Source of the DNA: Octopus sinensis
Lineage: Eukaryota
DNA length: 64,000 nt
Assembly: GCF_006345805.1 (NCBI RefSeq)
Contig: NW_021832864.1
Span: 33,265 to 97,264, forward strand
Reading direction: 5' to 3'
Position 1 is the stretch's first letter, and every line of letters starts with the position of its first letter. This document shows positions 36,860 to 48,340 of the stretch, one piece after another. A program made the translations under genes and the position numbers. The notes beneath the pieces were generated by a model. It made no database searches, was not told the origin of the DNA, and saw only the letters and a program-made list of their open reading frames with translations.

Positions 36860-37330
36860 CTTTTAGTCATATATGGGACACCATGGCCCACTCTAGCAAG
36901 GAGTTATTATTGTTGGAGGTATATCCGGGTGTAAGAGGTTGATCCGGGATTTTATTGAAGAAATTTGTCCTGTGAACTTTTGAATTTTATCGGATCCGTT
37001 TCCGTTTTGACGTATTACGGTATGGTATTAAAGAGAGCTGCACCGGTTGAGATAAAGTATTTGTGACGTAATGTTGTTATACGTCCGGAGTTCGATCTTT
37101 GTAGTGGGCGGATAGCACTGGGACCAAGTATTGTGTGGATTTTAAAATTGATGCCGACATCGTTTGTGCAATATTGAAGGAATATTTTCTCCATCACACA
37201 AATGATGTAGTGCTCCCGACGGCGCCGGAGAGAGTAGAAATTGAGGTTTTTTAGTCGACCCCAATAGTCAACGCCTGTCATGCCGTCTATCTTTCTGTTT
37301 CAGACATATGGAATGCTTCCACTTTCATAA
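36860..37330 (-). mobile_element. CR1/L2-group LINE 3' fragment
   Basis: GVDYWGRLKNLNFYSLRRRREHYII...LRHKYFISTGAALFNTIP*YVKTETDPIKFKSSQDKFL resembles the post-RT terminus Y.ERL..L.LYSL.RRRER...FN.LP...FK..LD.FL. Confidence 0.75.
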
Positions 37331-37599
37331 TTAGTTGCTGCGTATGGGAAGACCACAGTGGGCAACAGTATTCAAGCCAGTCGTATATGTGTATATGTAT
37401 ATGTATATATATATATATATCTATATATATATATATATATATATATATAGATGAGAAAGTTGGTTTGTGAAAGCACGTGGTTGAATATATAGAAAATAGT
37501 AAAAAGTGAAAAAACTACAGAAGGCTTGTTTTAAAAGGTTAAAAAATATATATTTGAGTCAATATGTCTGAAGAATATTATAAATTTTTTTCTTACAAT

Positions 37600-38100
37600 G
37601 ACATAATTTAGAAGAAATGACCGGTTTCGCGTTTAGCTTTTCAAATTTCTCACATCGTTATGTTTATGTTGAGGAGAGTTATCGTTATGTTTATGTTGAA
37701 AAGAGTTCTAGATAAGGGGAGGTAATAAGTGATTTCTTCCGGTGTAAGGGAGATAATCGCTTAAAATTTTTTGCCTTTCCTTTGGGGTGAATTTCTCTGT
37801 ATAAGTATGTTGGAATGGTTAAGTCTGGGCTTGTACTTTTCAATGAAGAATGTTTCCTTGTTTAGTCTAATTTGTGTTGGTGTTCCGATAGCACATTGGT
37901 AAAATGGAAAGATTAAAAATTGTGGTAGTAGTTGCTTTGCGCATTTCTCAATGTGCTCACTAAAAGGTATCATTCTGTATTCTGGGAATGCAATCTGTTG
38001 TCGATGCAGTGTGCATCTACGTCTGAGTGATAGTCCCGTGGATCCCACGTAGTCTTGATGGCAGCCCGATTTTACTTGTGCCTCTGAAAACATAATTTAT
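37600..38100 (-). mobile_element. Penelope-like element: GIY-YIG endonuclease end plus 3' terminal region
   Basis: GCHQDYVGSTGLSLRRRCTLHRQQIAFPEYRMIPFSEHIEKC...FLIFPFYQC...RLNKETFFIEKYKPRLN (YIG half motif, R..H, KE..FI..KP.LN); (TA)n at 37390-37450 on its 3' side. Confidence 0.85.
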
Positions 38101-38528
38101 GTCATAAAATGCTCGGGCTGCCACCAAGACTAAAATTCTGCCGAGGTCAACCTTGCTTTCTTTCCTTTTGGGTTCGATAAAATAATATTAAAGCAGGGAA
38201 AATGATTGACAGAACTATCTAGAGGGAGAGGTAGCATGTCTTGCAGTATCAATTTCTTTTCCTCGCGTTCTGATAACAACGTCTGCGATATTACTGGTGC
38301 CGATATCTATCGGTCCAAGTCGGCAGCCTTTCTCATGGAGAGACATCTGTGGCGTGGAGAGGGGAGACTTGCTTACAAGGGCATTTGTCCGTCTTATTCA
38401 AGAAGTCATAACCAGATCTGCTCATACATGCGTAGATGCAGGGTAATCCTGCTGTTCTATAGTCTTACGAACCAAACTAAAATGTATAGGTGCGTACATA
38501 TAAATATACGCGCGCACACACACACTCA

Positions 38529-38575
<47 letters not shown>

Positions 38576-38795
38576 TTAATATTGGGTATGTTCCTAGTAG
38601 TGTTGGGTATGTTCCTAGGAGTACGCCGATAAAGTTCGTTCACTGTCTAAGCTTACCTGACGTCACTCATAGCATTTACACAATTGTTGCAGGATCAACT
38701 TCAGGAAATCCTCAGCCTCTATCGTTCGTTTACACACACACACAAACACACGCGCATACACACACGCGCGCAAACACACACACGCGCGCATACAC

Positions 38796-38841
<46 letters not shown>

Positions 38842-38861
38842 GTATATATATATATATGTAT

Positions 38862-38930
<69 letters not shown>

Positions 38931-39026
38931 GTATATATATATTATATGTATATATATGTTTATATGTATGTATATATATATGTATATATATATATGTACA
39001 TATATGAGTATATATATATATATATA

Positions 39027-39079
<53 letters not shown>

Positions 39080-39093
39080 ATATTATATATATA

Positions 39094-39452
39094 TAAAACA
39101 TTATTGGTGATTGAAGAAATGGAGCTGAACGCAGATTGAACAGAAATCGTTTTATTTCATTCTACACGTGTTTCGAAAGGCACAAATTACCAAAATCCGA
39201 TTGAATAATGGGACCATATTGTGTCTTTCTCTTAGGAGCATAGTTCGATTTGGTTTTTGCTCCGCCTCTGTTCTGTTTTTGTTTCTCTAAACGGTTTCCT
39301 TCTTTTTTCTCCTAAGAGAAAGACACAATATGGTCCCATTATTCAATCGGATTTTGGTAATTTGTGCCTTTCGAACACGTGTAGAATGAAATAAAACGAT
39401 TTCTGTTCAATTGCGTTTCGTTCCATTTCTTCAATTCACCAATAATGTTTTA
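39094..39452. repeat. Long inverted repeat, ~145 bp arms with 70 bp spacer
   Basis: 39094-39238 is the near-perfect reverse complement of 39309-39452; abuts (TA)n on the left. Confidence 0.95.
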
Positions 39453-39619
39453 ATTTCATTATCCGCACCACCCACGGTTGCAACGCCAGATGGTTGTACC
39501 TCCACCGTGCTGTTTACTGCTGTGATTTGCTACTAAGTATCGGTTAACTTTTGATTAATCTACAACAAGATTATTCATCTTTCTATTTCACATAATATAT
39601 ATATATATAGTATATATAT

Positions 39620-39830
39620 ATATAATGTGACCTCGTGTGTACCGTTGGCGATTTTTTCCTCTGTCTTCCCTTCTCTGGATCTTTCTTTCTCCTATGTTTC
39701 CGACGAGAGCTCCGCTCGAAACGTTAAACCCTCCTTCTTTCCTTTTTTCCTGAGCGTCCAATAATACTATATTTGTTCCACGTCCTCGCGTTGTTGTGTT
39801 TTTTTGTGCTTTCTTGTTTGGATTAACTTT
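39620..39830 (+). mobile_element. Penelope-type terminal-repeat fragment in (TA)n with hammerhead-like motif at 39696-39729
   Basis: GTTT CCGACGA GAG ctccg CTC GAAA CG TT AAAC; homologous to 23436-23587(-); (TA)n both sides. Confidence 0.6.
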
Positions 39831-40199
39831 ATATATATATATATATGTAGATATATAAGTATATATATATATGCATATATATATATATATGAATGGGTGT
39901 GGGTGTGTGGGGCTGTGTAGTAGCTGCATATTAAAAGACATGTGGGCGTACAATCGTTATATGATACATTGGTTATTACAACGTTGTAACCAGGGTAATA
40001 AAGAGATATCGAGTATAATTTCTGGACCCCCCACCTGCCCAATACTTTTATAAGCAAATAAATAAAAATAAATATGTAAATAAATAAATAAATAAAACCA
40101 GAAAAAAAGATGATTTTTATAGAATTTTCAAAGACAGAAATGAAATTTGCTGTAATTACAATTAGCTTGAAGTTAAAAAAATACTGCATTTTCATCAAC

Positions 40200-40262
40200 A
40201 TTATCCTCCTCCTCCTCCTCCTCCTCATCATCATCATCATCACCACCATCACCATCATCATC

Positions 40263-40298
<36 letters not shown>

Positions 40299-40350
40299 TA
40301 TCATCATTATCATCATCATCATCACCACCACCACCACCACCACCACCACC

Positions 40351-40381
<31 letters not shown>

Positions 40382-40610
40382 ACATCATCATCCTCATCCT
40401 CATCCTCATCGTCGTCGTCGTCACCATCATAATCCTTGTCGTTGTCGTCGTCGTCATCATCATCATCATCGTTATCATCGTATTCATCATCATCATCATC
40501 ATCATAAGCAGCAGCAGCAGCATCGTCGACGTCGCCGTCACCACCACCACTTCTGCCGCATCACCGCCACCATCAATAGCAACAACAACGACACCAGCAA
40601 CATCAATGAT
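40200..40610. repeat. Compound (CCT)/(CAT)/(CAC)/(CGT)/(CAG) trinucleotide repeat
   Basis: Direct reading; source of the poly-His and poly-Met/Val ORFs. Confidence 0.9.
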
Positions 40611-40817
40611 ATCACTGACAGGGTTTAAGCTGAGAAGTTTTTTTTGTTGTTTTTTTGCTTTGATTGTTATCATTTAATTTTTTTTTCCTGTTTAAATTTG
40701 CTTTTTTGGTTTGTATGTGTGTTTGTGTGTGTGTGTGTATTCGTCTGAGGCAGCGTTTCTAATTGGCATCGCTTTGAACTGAGGATAATTACTCGAGGAA
40801 TCCTCACATTGGCGGAA

Positions 40818-40858
<41 letters not shown>

Positions 40859-41249
40859 ATAATGCTGATGGACGCAATACTGTTTGTAAACATTGGTGGC
40901 GATGGTAGTGGTGGTGGTGCCAACACTGAATTTTGGATTGTCCAGTGCTACAGAACAGAGAAGCCATGAATGTGGCAAAATGATTTGTAGACCCGCAGCT
41001 CTGAGAATCTTACGTGTGTTCCTTCCACAGCATTGCTCTGTTCTTCGAGGTATTCTTTGATCAATTGTATAAACAAAGAAGAAAACGAAAGAAAAAATAA
41101 AACAAAAAGGAGGGAAGGAAAAAGAAAAGAAAAGGAAGAGAACGCGAGACAGAAAGAAAAATAGTTTGGCAGTTTGGGAGTATCAAATCGTGGCGAATAA
41201 CTGTCTGATCTAAGAGTTTAGGGGTTCGCATACGATGTATAGATAATAT

Positions 41250-42325
41250 AATATAATATGATATACTATAATATAATATTATGTAGTATAACATAAAATG
41301 ATATAATATAACATAACATAGAATATGATGTAGCATTATGCAATATAATGTAATATAATATAACATAATATATCATAATATAATATAACATAATATAACA
41401 TAATATAACATAATATAATATAATATAACATAATTTTATTATGTTATATTATGTTATATTATAACATAATATAATATATCATAATATAATATAATATAAT
41501 ATAACATAATATAACATAACATAATATAACATAAAATATTATTATATAACACAATATAACATAATATAACATAATATAATATAACATAATATAATATGAT
41601 ATAATATAATATAATATAAAATAATATAACATAACAATATTATATAACATAATAAAATGATATAATAATATAACATTATATATAATGTAATATAATATAA
41701 CATAATATAATATGATATAATATAACATATTATAATTTGATATAATATAGCATAATATAATATAACAATATAATATAAAATAATATAACATAATATAATA
41801 TAACATAATATAACATTAAATAATGCAACAATATAATATATATAATATAATATAAAATAATATAATTTAATTAATATAATATAATTTAATATAATATAAT
41901 TTAATTTGATATAATATAATATAATATAATATAATATAGTATAATTTGATATAATTTAATATAATTTAATATAATATAATAATATAATATAATATAATTT
42001 AATATATTTAATATAATATAATATAATATAATATAATTAATATAATATAATATGGTATAATATAATATAACATAATATAAATATATATATAATTTAATAT
42101 AATATATATATATAATATAATATAATATAATTTAATATAATATATATAATATAATATAATTTAATATAATATAATATAATATAATATAATTTAATATAAT
42201 ATAATGTAATATATATAATATAATTTAATATAATATAACATAATATAATATAACATAATATAACATTAAATAATGCAACAATATAATATAATATAATATA
42301 ATATAATATAATATAACAAAATTTC
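41250..42325. repeat. (TAATA/TAACA)n pentanucleotide satellite, ~1.1 kb
   Basis: Period-5 AT-rich array. Confidence 0.95.
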
Positions 42326-42916
42326 ATCTACGTGCCAGCTATAGCTGGCAGGTAGATGATGAAAGTTTATTAATATTCCATTTCTCTTTCTCGGAATATT
42401 TTGCATTTAGGTAAATTAAGAATGTGTATCTTTAATGTAATACAGTTATTAAATAATGCAAGACATACTGCAAGGGATGGATTATGCCTCCTAGGAATAG
42501 AGGAATAAAGAAATGTGGCCTCTGCAAGAAACTGCCGAAAATAAGCAATTTTTCGAGAGTTTGTGATAACAAACTGCGATAGGTTGACTTGTTTCGAATA
42601 AATTATTATTTGTATCAATTACTGTACCAAGCGCGGTATTATGTTTATCAATCTCTCTAGCCCACAGCACACGTTCTCCGCCAATACAGCCCTTAAAGTA
42701 AAAGAGTCCTTGATATGTCGGCAAGTACAATATATATACATACGGTTAACAACTATCATCACGCTTGAATCTCAAGAGTACCAACGAATTTGAATCAAAT
42801 TGTTTTGATACATACATACATATGCATGTATATATATATATATATATATACCGGAGTAAACACATAAATGTGAAACAAGGTGGAAAAAAGAGTACTCAAA
42901 TACCAGGGGTAGAGTA

Positions 42917-43084
42917 ATATGCTTTATTTAAAAGCAGCTGAAATTCAACAAAACCTGTTACTCGGAGTTTCACGTCCCCGTTCGTCGGACATTTTTTTTT
43001 TAACAAAACTGTCCGACGAACGGGAACGTGAAACTCCGAGTAACAAGTTTTGTTGAATTTCTGCTGCTTTTAAATAAAGTATAT
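42917..43084. repeat. Inverted repeat (~74 bp arms, 18 bp spacer) with a hammerhead-like motif in each arm
   Basis: 42917-42991 is the reverse complement of 43010-43084; flanked by (TA)n. Confidence 0.9.
43004..43052 (+). ncRNA. Type I hammerhead ribozyme-like motif
   Basis: CAAAACTGT CCGACGA ACG ggaa CGT GAAA CTCCGAG TA ACAAGTTTTG: ~9 bp stem I with one bulge, 3 bp stem II, near-palindromic stem III, GUA site. Confidence 0.6.
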
Positions 43085-43371
43085 ATATATATATCTTCAG
43101 AGAAACAACTAGGCTATATGTGATACCAAAATGGAAAAATTCACTAATTCGTCGGCATCGTTAGTCACACTAAGTGTGACTAAGGGTGCCGACGCACCTA
43201 CATTGCTAGAAATAAGAGTTAAAATACTCTTAATGCTGTAGGAAGAGCGAAGATACAAGCTAACGTGGGAGGTAACCGCCCAACGCCGACTCGAAAATCC
43301 TCAGACAAGACGCCTCGTTTCGTCTATTCCATATTCAAGGAGGACTGATCGAACGGTATATGTTCAGCTAA

Positions 43372-43601
43372 GGCGGCGAGCTGGCAGAATCGTTAGCACG
43401 CCAGGCAAAATGCTTAGTGGTATTTCGTCTGCCGTTACGTTCTGGGTTCAAATTCCGCCAAGATCGACTTTGCCTTTCATCCTTTCGGGGTCGATTAAAT
43501 AAGTACCAGTTACACACTGGGGTCGATATAATTGACTTAATCCGTTTGTCCTTGTTTATCCTCTCTGTGTTTAGCCCCCCCTTGTGGGTAGTAAAGAAAT
43601 A
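43372..43601 (+). mobile_element. SINE family B monomer with 17 bp TSD
   Basis: GGTATATGTTCAGCTAA at 43355-43371 and 43602-43618. Confidence 0.92.
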
Positions 43602-43699
43602 GGTATATGTTCAGCTAATTCTGTGTGTTAGCATATATGTATTTACCATAAAAATTTATTACTGCTACCGCGTGTAGGATAGATCCAGTTATCAACCAA

Positions 43700-45500
43700 A
43701 TCAAGATCTAAGATCGTCTCACCATTTTCCATTGAGCTTAAAAGCCGGCAGTGTTTCTCTCTGCTGGATAAGATAACAAGGAATGAGAACAGAGACTTAC
43801 CTTTCTGATGTTCTTAGTATTTTTAATTCTCCACCCTTTAACCTTACCTTGGTGCATTTTCCTAATCTGAATCGTAATATCACTTCCTTCTCTTATACAC
43901 ATGTCTACTCTATGTAGCAGTGTTAGCTGTTTATCACACACACAAACACAGAATTCTTACCAAGATATTCACGTGAGTTCATCCGTATAAAAATTATGGT
44001 TGGTTGCACATTATATCTGAATCCATTAGTGCCTAACATATCAGTAAAGGTCTCAAGTCAGGGCAGAAAAAGTGGTGGAGAACGGGAATAACCTCATGAG
44101 GATGAATTTAGTTATTGTAATTCGCTTTTTGTTTCTATCTGCAAAATTGCTTGCAATTTACGCATGATGTACTGGAGATAACTTCTATCTAATATTATCA
44201 GGATTTTTGGGATACTTAAAAGTCCAAGACGTTAGTCCATGCCATGTCCAGACCTGTCTTTCATCTTCTACAAAATTGTTCTATATCACAGTAGTTGTGT
44301 CAGTTATAAATGAATTGCTTCAAACATTACGTAACTGTTTAGCTGTCTTTTAATTCAACAGATCGGTCATCCTTAAATTTCAGTTCTTTTCTGCACATCA
44401 TTATAGTCATTTAGTATCGCTATATCACTAAGTTATTGTTGATCAGTAATGACTCTTCAGAACCATATCAAACTTTTGCAGCAATTTTTCTATGCTTCTG
44501 GAAGCAAGTGTCTTTTCCTTCTTTTCATCACTTTTTCTCTCCGATATTACTGCAGAATATAAATGGCTTTATAAAGAATGATTATTGGTCCGTCGTTTCT
44601 AGTTTTTCTCCGTTTCTTTAGTCATACAGATTGAAAAGATTCTCTTTCCAGAGAGCAGGTGAAGTGTTTTCTTCGGCTCCTTTAGTATCTTACTAAACAT
44701 CTCTGCTAGCAACTTTATATTCTCTGCTTTATGATTTAACCAGAAATATTATGTTCTAGTGCCTCCCCGTTGTTTGTATTTTTGTTGTGCATGGGCCCCT
44801 TCATATGATGATATAGTTTTCAACGATGGCATTGTTGCAGTATGCAGTATTTCGATTTGGTAATGTCGATTTGGTAATTAATTTCAACTAATTTCCACAT
44901 CAAAGTCCTTCAACTTGTGTTGCTTTTGGCGTTGCATAGATTTCTATTTTAGCTCTTGATGGATGGGAGTAGAAATGTTTGTTTTCTTCAAAGAGTGTCG
45001 CCTTTCAAACCAACAGAGTCTTGGCGATTTAGCAAGAATCACTTATTTGTTTTTATAAGTCGTTCTTTGATTTCGGGCACTTCATTTGTATTTCGTATTT
45101 CTGTAATACTTCTCCGTCATTCTTTTTGAAGTTGTATATTTTCTTTATTGATATCAAATGAGGATCGAAAGATCGTCCATTTTAATTTCTAACATTTTTG
45201 CTTGTTTATTTTCCATATTGTTTGTTTGAGTTTGATATTCATATATCAGTAGATCGGAGGGGAATACACACTTTAAATTGTAACTACTATGGCTACTGTA
45301 ACTACCGTGTAACTAACTACCGTATAGCCATATTATAACTACCGTGACTAATGCATATTTTATTTTGTTTAATCTGGGGATAACGATGTCAGTTTTAATT
45401 TGGTTTGCTATGATGAGGATTACCTTTGATATTCTTGGTATTATTTCATCACTGTTTTTATCTTTCGGGTTTACTTTTACTGGTCTATTGATTTTGGTTC
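43700..45500 (-). mobile_element. R4/Dong-type non-LTR retrotransposon, N-terminal to RT region, heavily decayed
   Basis: Scattered frames: IKLLAEMFSKILKEP, RHLLPEA*KNCCK, GSEESLLIN, CRR*KTGLDMAW, SPPLFCPDLRPL, FYTDEL follow the order of R4-type RT motifs (LLP.EQKGC, QLLID, MAWID, SPLLFC..L.PL, YMDD). Confidence 0.65.
44281..44428. mobile_element. ~150 bp non-coding insertion, copy 1, bounded by CTATATCAC direct repeats
   Basis: CTATATCAC at 44281-44289 and 44420-44428; close homologue at 46473-46623; interrupts RT motifs. Confidence 0.7.
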
Positions 45501-46179
45501 TTTAATTATTTTCACCTTTAGATTCTCATGTTCAAAATTGCTATCTTTAGAACTTCCTATTCTTAAGGCTTCCTCATATACTTTTATTTTGTATGTGTTA
45601 TTCTTGTTCGGTTTGGTGTTTTAGGAAATGGTTTTGCTATTTTATTATTAGCTCAATCTTCGATATTCACGTTCTCAGTTCTTTTATTTTTGTTATTTGT
45701 TTTGTGTCCATTTTTCGTGTTTCCCTTCTGTATGGTTTCTTATATATTTTCCTTTTGGCATTGAGAACGAGTTTTCTTTGGCATTGAGAATGTGTCTTCT
45801 TAGGTTAGCTAGTATCCAAGAGTATTATGTTTGAGCTAAGATGCGAGTTCTTAGACACAAGCAAGTGAAAGCTATCCGATTGACTCAAGTGATAAAATCG
45901 CGGTCGGGACACAATTCCACTATTATTCTGCCACAATTCAGCCATTGATCTGCCACAATTCACCTGTTGATCTGCCATGATGTATGCCTGCTATCATATT
46001 GGAAATAGATGTGTGCTGTTTTAGAGCAGTACTTTTGTTGATCATTTTGGTGTAGTGGTTGACAGGAAACGGTGGATTTAAGTGTCTACTTCAACGATCT
46101 GCCGCGACCTTCTCGGCAAAGGAGGTGATGTGTTGCAAAACACCGATAAACACAACCGAGATATAGTTGGCAGTCAGTG

Positions 46180-47100
46180 ACTACGGGAGGAGCACGGTGT
46201 ATGTTTCATGGCTATATAACAATATTCTTTATTATGTTCTTAATAGACGTTTGTCATCACTTTTAGCAGACCGGAAACATTCCAAGTTATATTAGACTGG
46301 AATGATGGCTCTGATGGGTAAAGATACCAACAAGAGGGGCACAATCACTAATGTCCAAGTCAAACAGCTGTTGATTGCAGCGTTTATTTACAGATCCTAG
46401 GATTGCTATATTCTGAAACGTAATTCTATCTATTCTTAAAGACAAGCTGTCTGTGTCTTTACAGATTTTGTTCTTTATCACAGTAGTTGCGTCAGTTACA
46501 AATGAATTGCTTCAAACATAATTACGTAACTGTTTAACTGACTTTTAATTCAACAGTTCGGTCATCCTTAACTTTCAATTCTATTCTGCACATCATTATG
46601 GTCATTTAGTATCGCTATATCACTACTAATTAGTAAGCTATTGTTATTTTTTATCATGGTAGATAATATTTGTAAGCTAATTTTATAAAGGTATTTTCTA
46701 GCGTACGTTTACATAACTATCCCAGGGATTTTTCTACACCGGGTAGCTAGGTGTATGAAGAACAATTCTGTGACATTAATGTGTCTCTGAGGATATTTTA
46801 AAAAGAAGTGTAGAACATCCTGATAAGAATGTGTATTGTTTCTGGAAATACACGACACACATAAAATTTTTCATTTGTACTATAGGAGATAGGCAGAGTC
46901 CTATCCATATAACTAGTGTTTGGGTATGTAACTTTTACCTTATCGTTCGACAATGTTGTTACCTTGCAGCTCCACTTCACTCCTGGTTGAGCAGAAGTAT
47001 GACATATCGTTAAATCAGTCGAACAATTAGGTTCTATACACTGAACTACTGCTCCAGATATGAGGTTTCTTCCTCTTACGAACTAATTCTGTGTTGCTTC
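46180..47100 (-). mobile_element. R4/Dong-type element, CCHC plus restriction-like endonuclease end, decayed
   Basis: YVCRVFPETIH(I)/LSGCSTLLLKYPQRHINVTELFFIHL (C..C...ET..HI.SGC...Y..RHN.V) and LVVIKNKICK...IDRITFQNIAI (PD.VV.DK..K.C...EKI.KY..LA). Confidence 0.65.
46473..46623. mobile_element. ~150 bp non-coding insertion, copy 2, bounded by CTTTATCAC / CTATATCAC
   Basis: Removing it restores the reading LVVIKNKICK in the host retroelement. Confidence 0.7.
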
Positions 47101-47982
47101 TGCACCCTGTTAGCAGCGTAAAACACTTCACTGGATTTGAATTGCTGATTATATACGTATACTACACGTGTATAGATATATACAAATGCCTATAATAATT
47201 TAACTTATGCATATAGGTTAAACACGTACACTCTCTACAGAGAAAGTGATGTTGGAATGAATTATGTGAATCATGCTGACTCTCAACCGGTTTGTTTTTC
47301 CGAGTTGATCCTGTTCTTGCAACTTTCTCACTCTGCTCTGAGAACATCACGTTTAGCCATGACCTTACACACATGTTCCTGACTGTGATTCTTATATTTA
47401 CTTGACCCATAGACTGAGGTACCAGGGTATAGTGGGTGTGCATCACACGGATGCCGACTGTCTTCTCATCTCATATTCAGTTCTCAGCACCAGACTACTG
47501 ATCAGAATACTCAACCCCGCTCAACCTAGAAGACTCCTTGCCACACTTTGGAAACGTCCACTTCGGACGCCTCCGGTATACTAATTCTGTAGATGTTAAT
47601 CTAAACTTGATGTGAAATTAAGTCAGCATTGTTGCTTGAATAAAGTGGTATGGAACTTGAAGTAACAATTATATAAGTACTTACTGGTTTATGTTTAACA
47701 TCCATAGGTATTTGTATATATGTGTATACATATGTTATATGCATGTAACCATCAGTTCAAATCCAGTGAAAGTGCTTTTGTTGTATATTTGCCACCAGGA
47801 AACAGAACAAGTCCACAATAGATACATGCCAATATGGGTTTACGTAAGAAACAAAATGTCTGAATTTTTGATTACATGTGCTCGAGGTAGTGGCTACAAC
47901 GGCGTCGAAGGATTTGTTTCTGAAATGTCAGCTTTCATTTTCCACTCCTCACGGCAACCAAAATCATTCATATACATTCTTA

Positions 47983-48340
47983 GAGGCGCAATGGCCCAAT
48001 GGTTAGGGCAGCGGACTCGCAGTCGGAGGATCGCGGTTTCGATTCCCAGACTGGGCGTTGTGTGTGTTTATTGCACGAAAACGCCTAAAGCTCCACGAGT
48101 CTCCGGCAGGGGTTGGTGGCGACCCCTGATGTACTCTTTCGCTCCAACTTTCTCTCACTTTTTCTTCCTGTTTCTTGTCCCCGACTTCCTACGCAACCGC
48201 TGAGCCTGGATGCGCATTCATCCATCCGTCGATGCCCCTCGGTGTCGGGGGTTGACCTGCTTTCTCTTCTGCGGGTCTTACGAATAGCAAAGGACCACGT
48301 TTCGGACTTCTCCCAAGAGGACGAAGACCGCTTCGCTCAA
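47983..48340 (+). mobile_element. SINE with family C head and a different 3' half, ending in (CAA/CAG)n
   Basis: First ~190 bp align to 9634-9830; the rest does not. Confidence 0.75.

Noticed and set aside
38578-38622. Short tandem duplications (also about 16300-16340, 31490-31600, 37655-37710, 49525/49862)
   Set aside because: Ordinary slippage or repair duplications of 20-40 bp with no further structure.
43296-43352. Hammerhead-like GAC GAAA CG AGG CG TC on the minus strand
   Set aside because: The core would be TCGATCA (three mismatches) and no stem I pairing is found.
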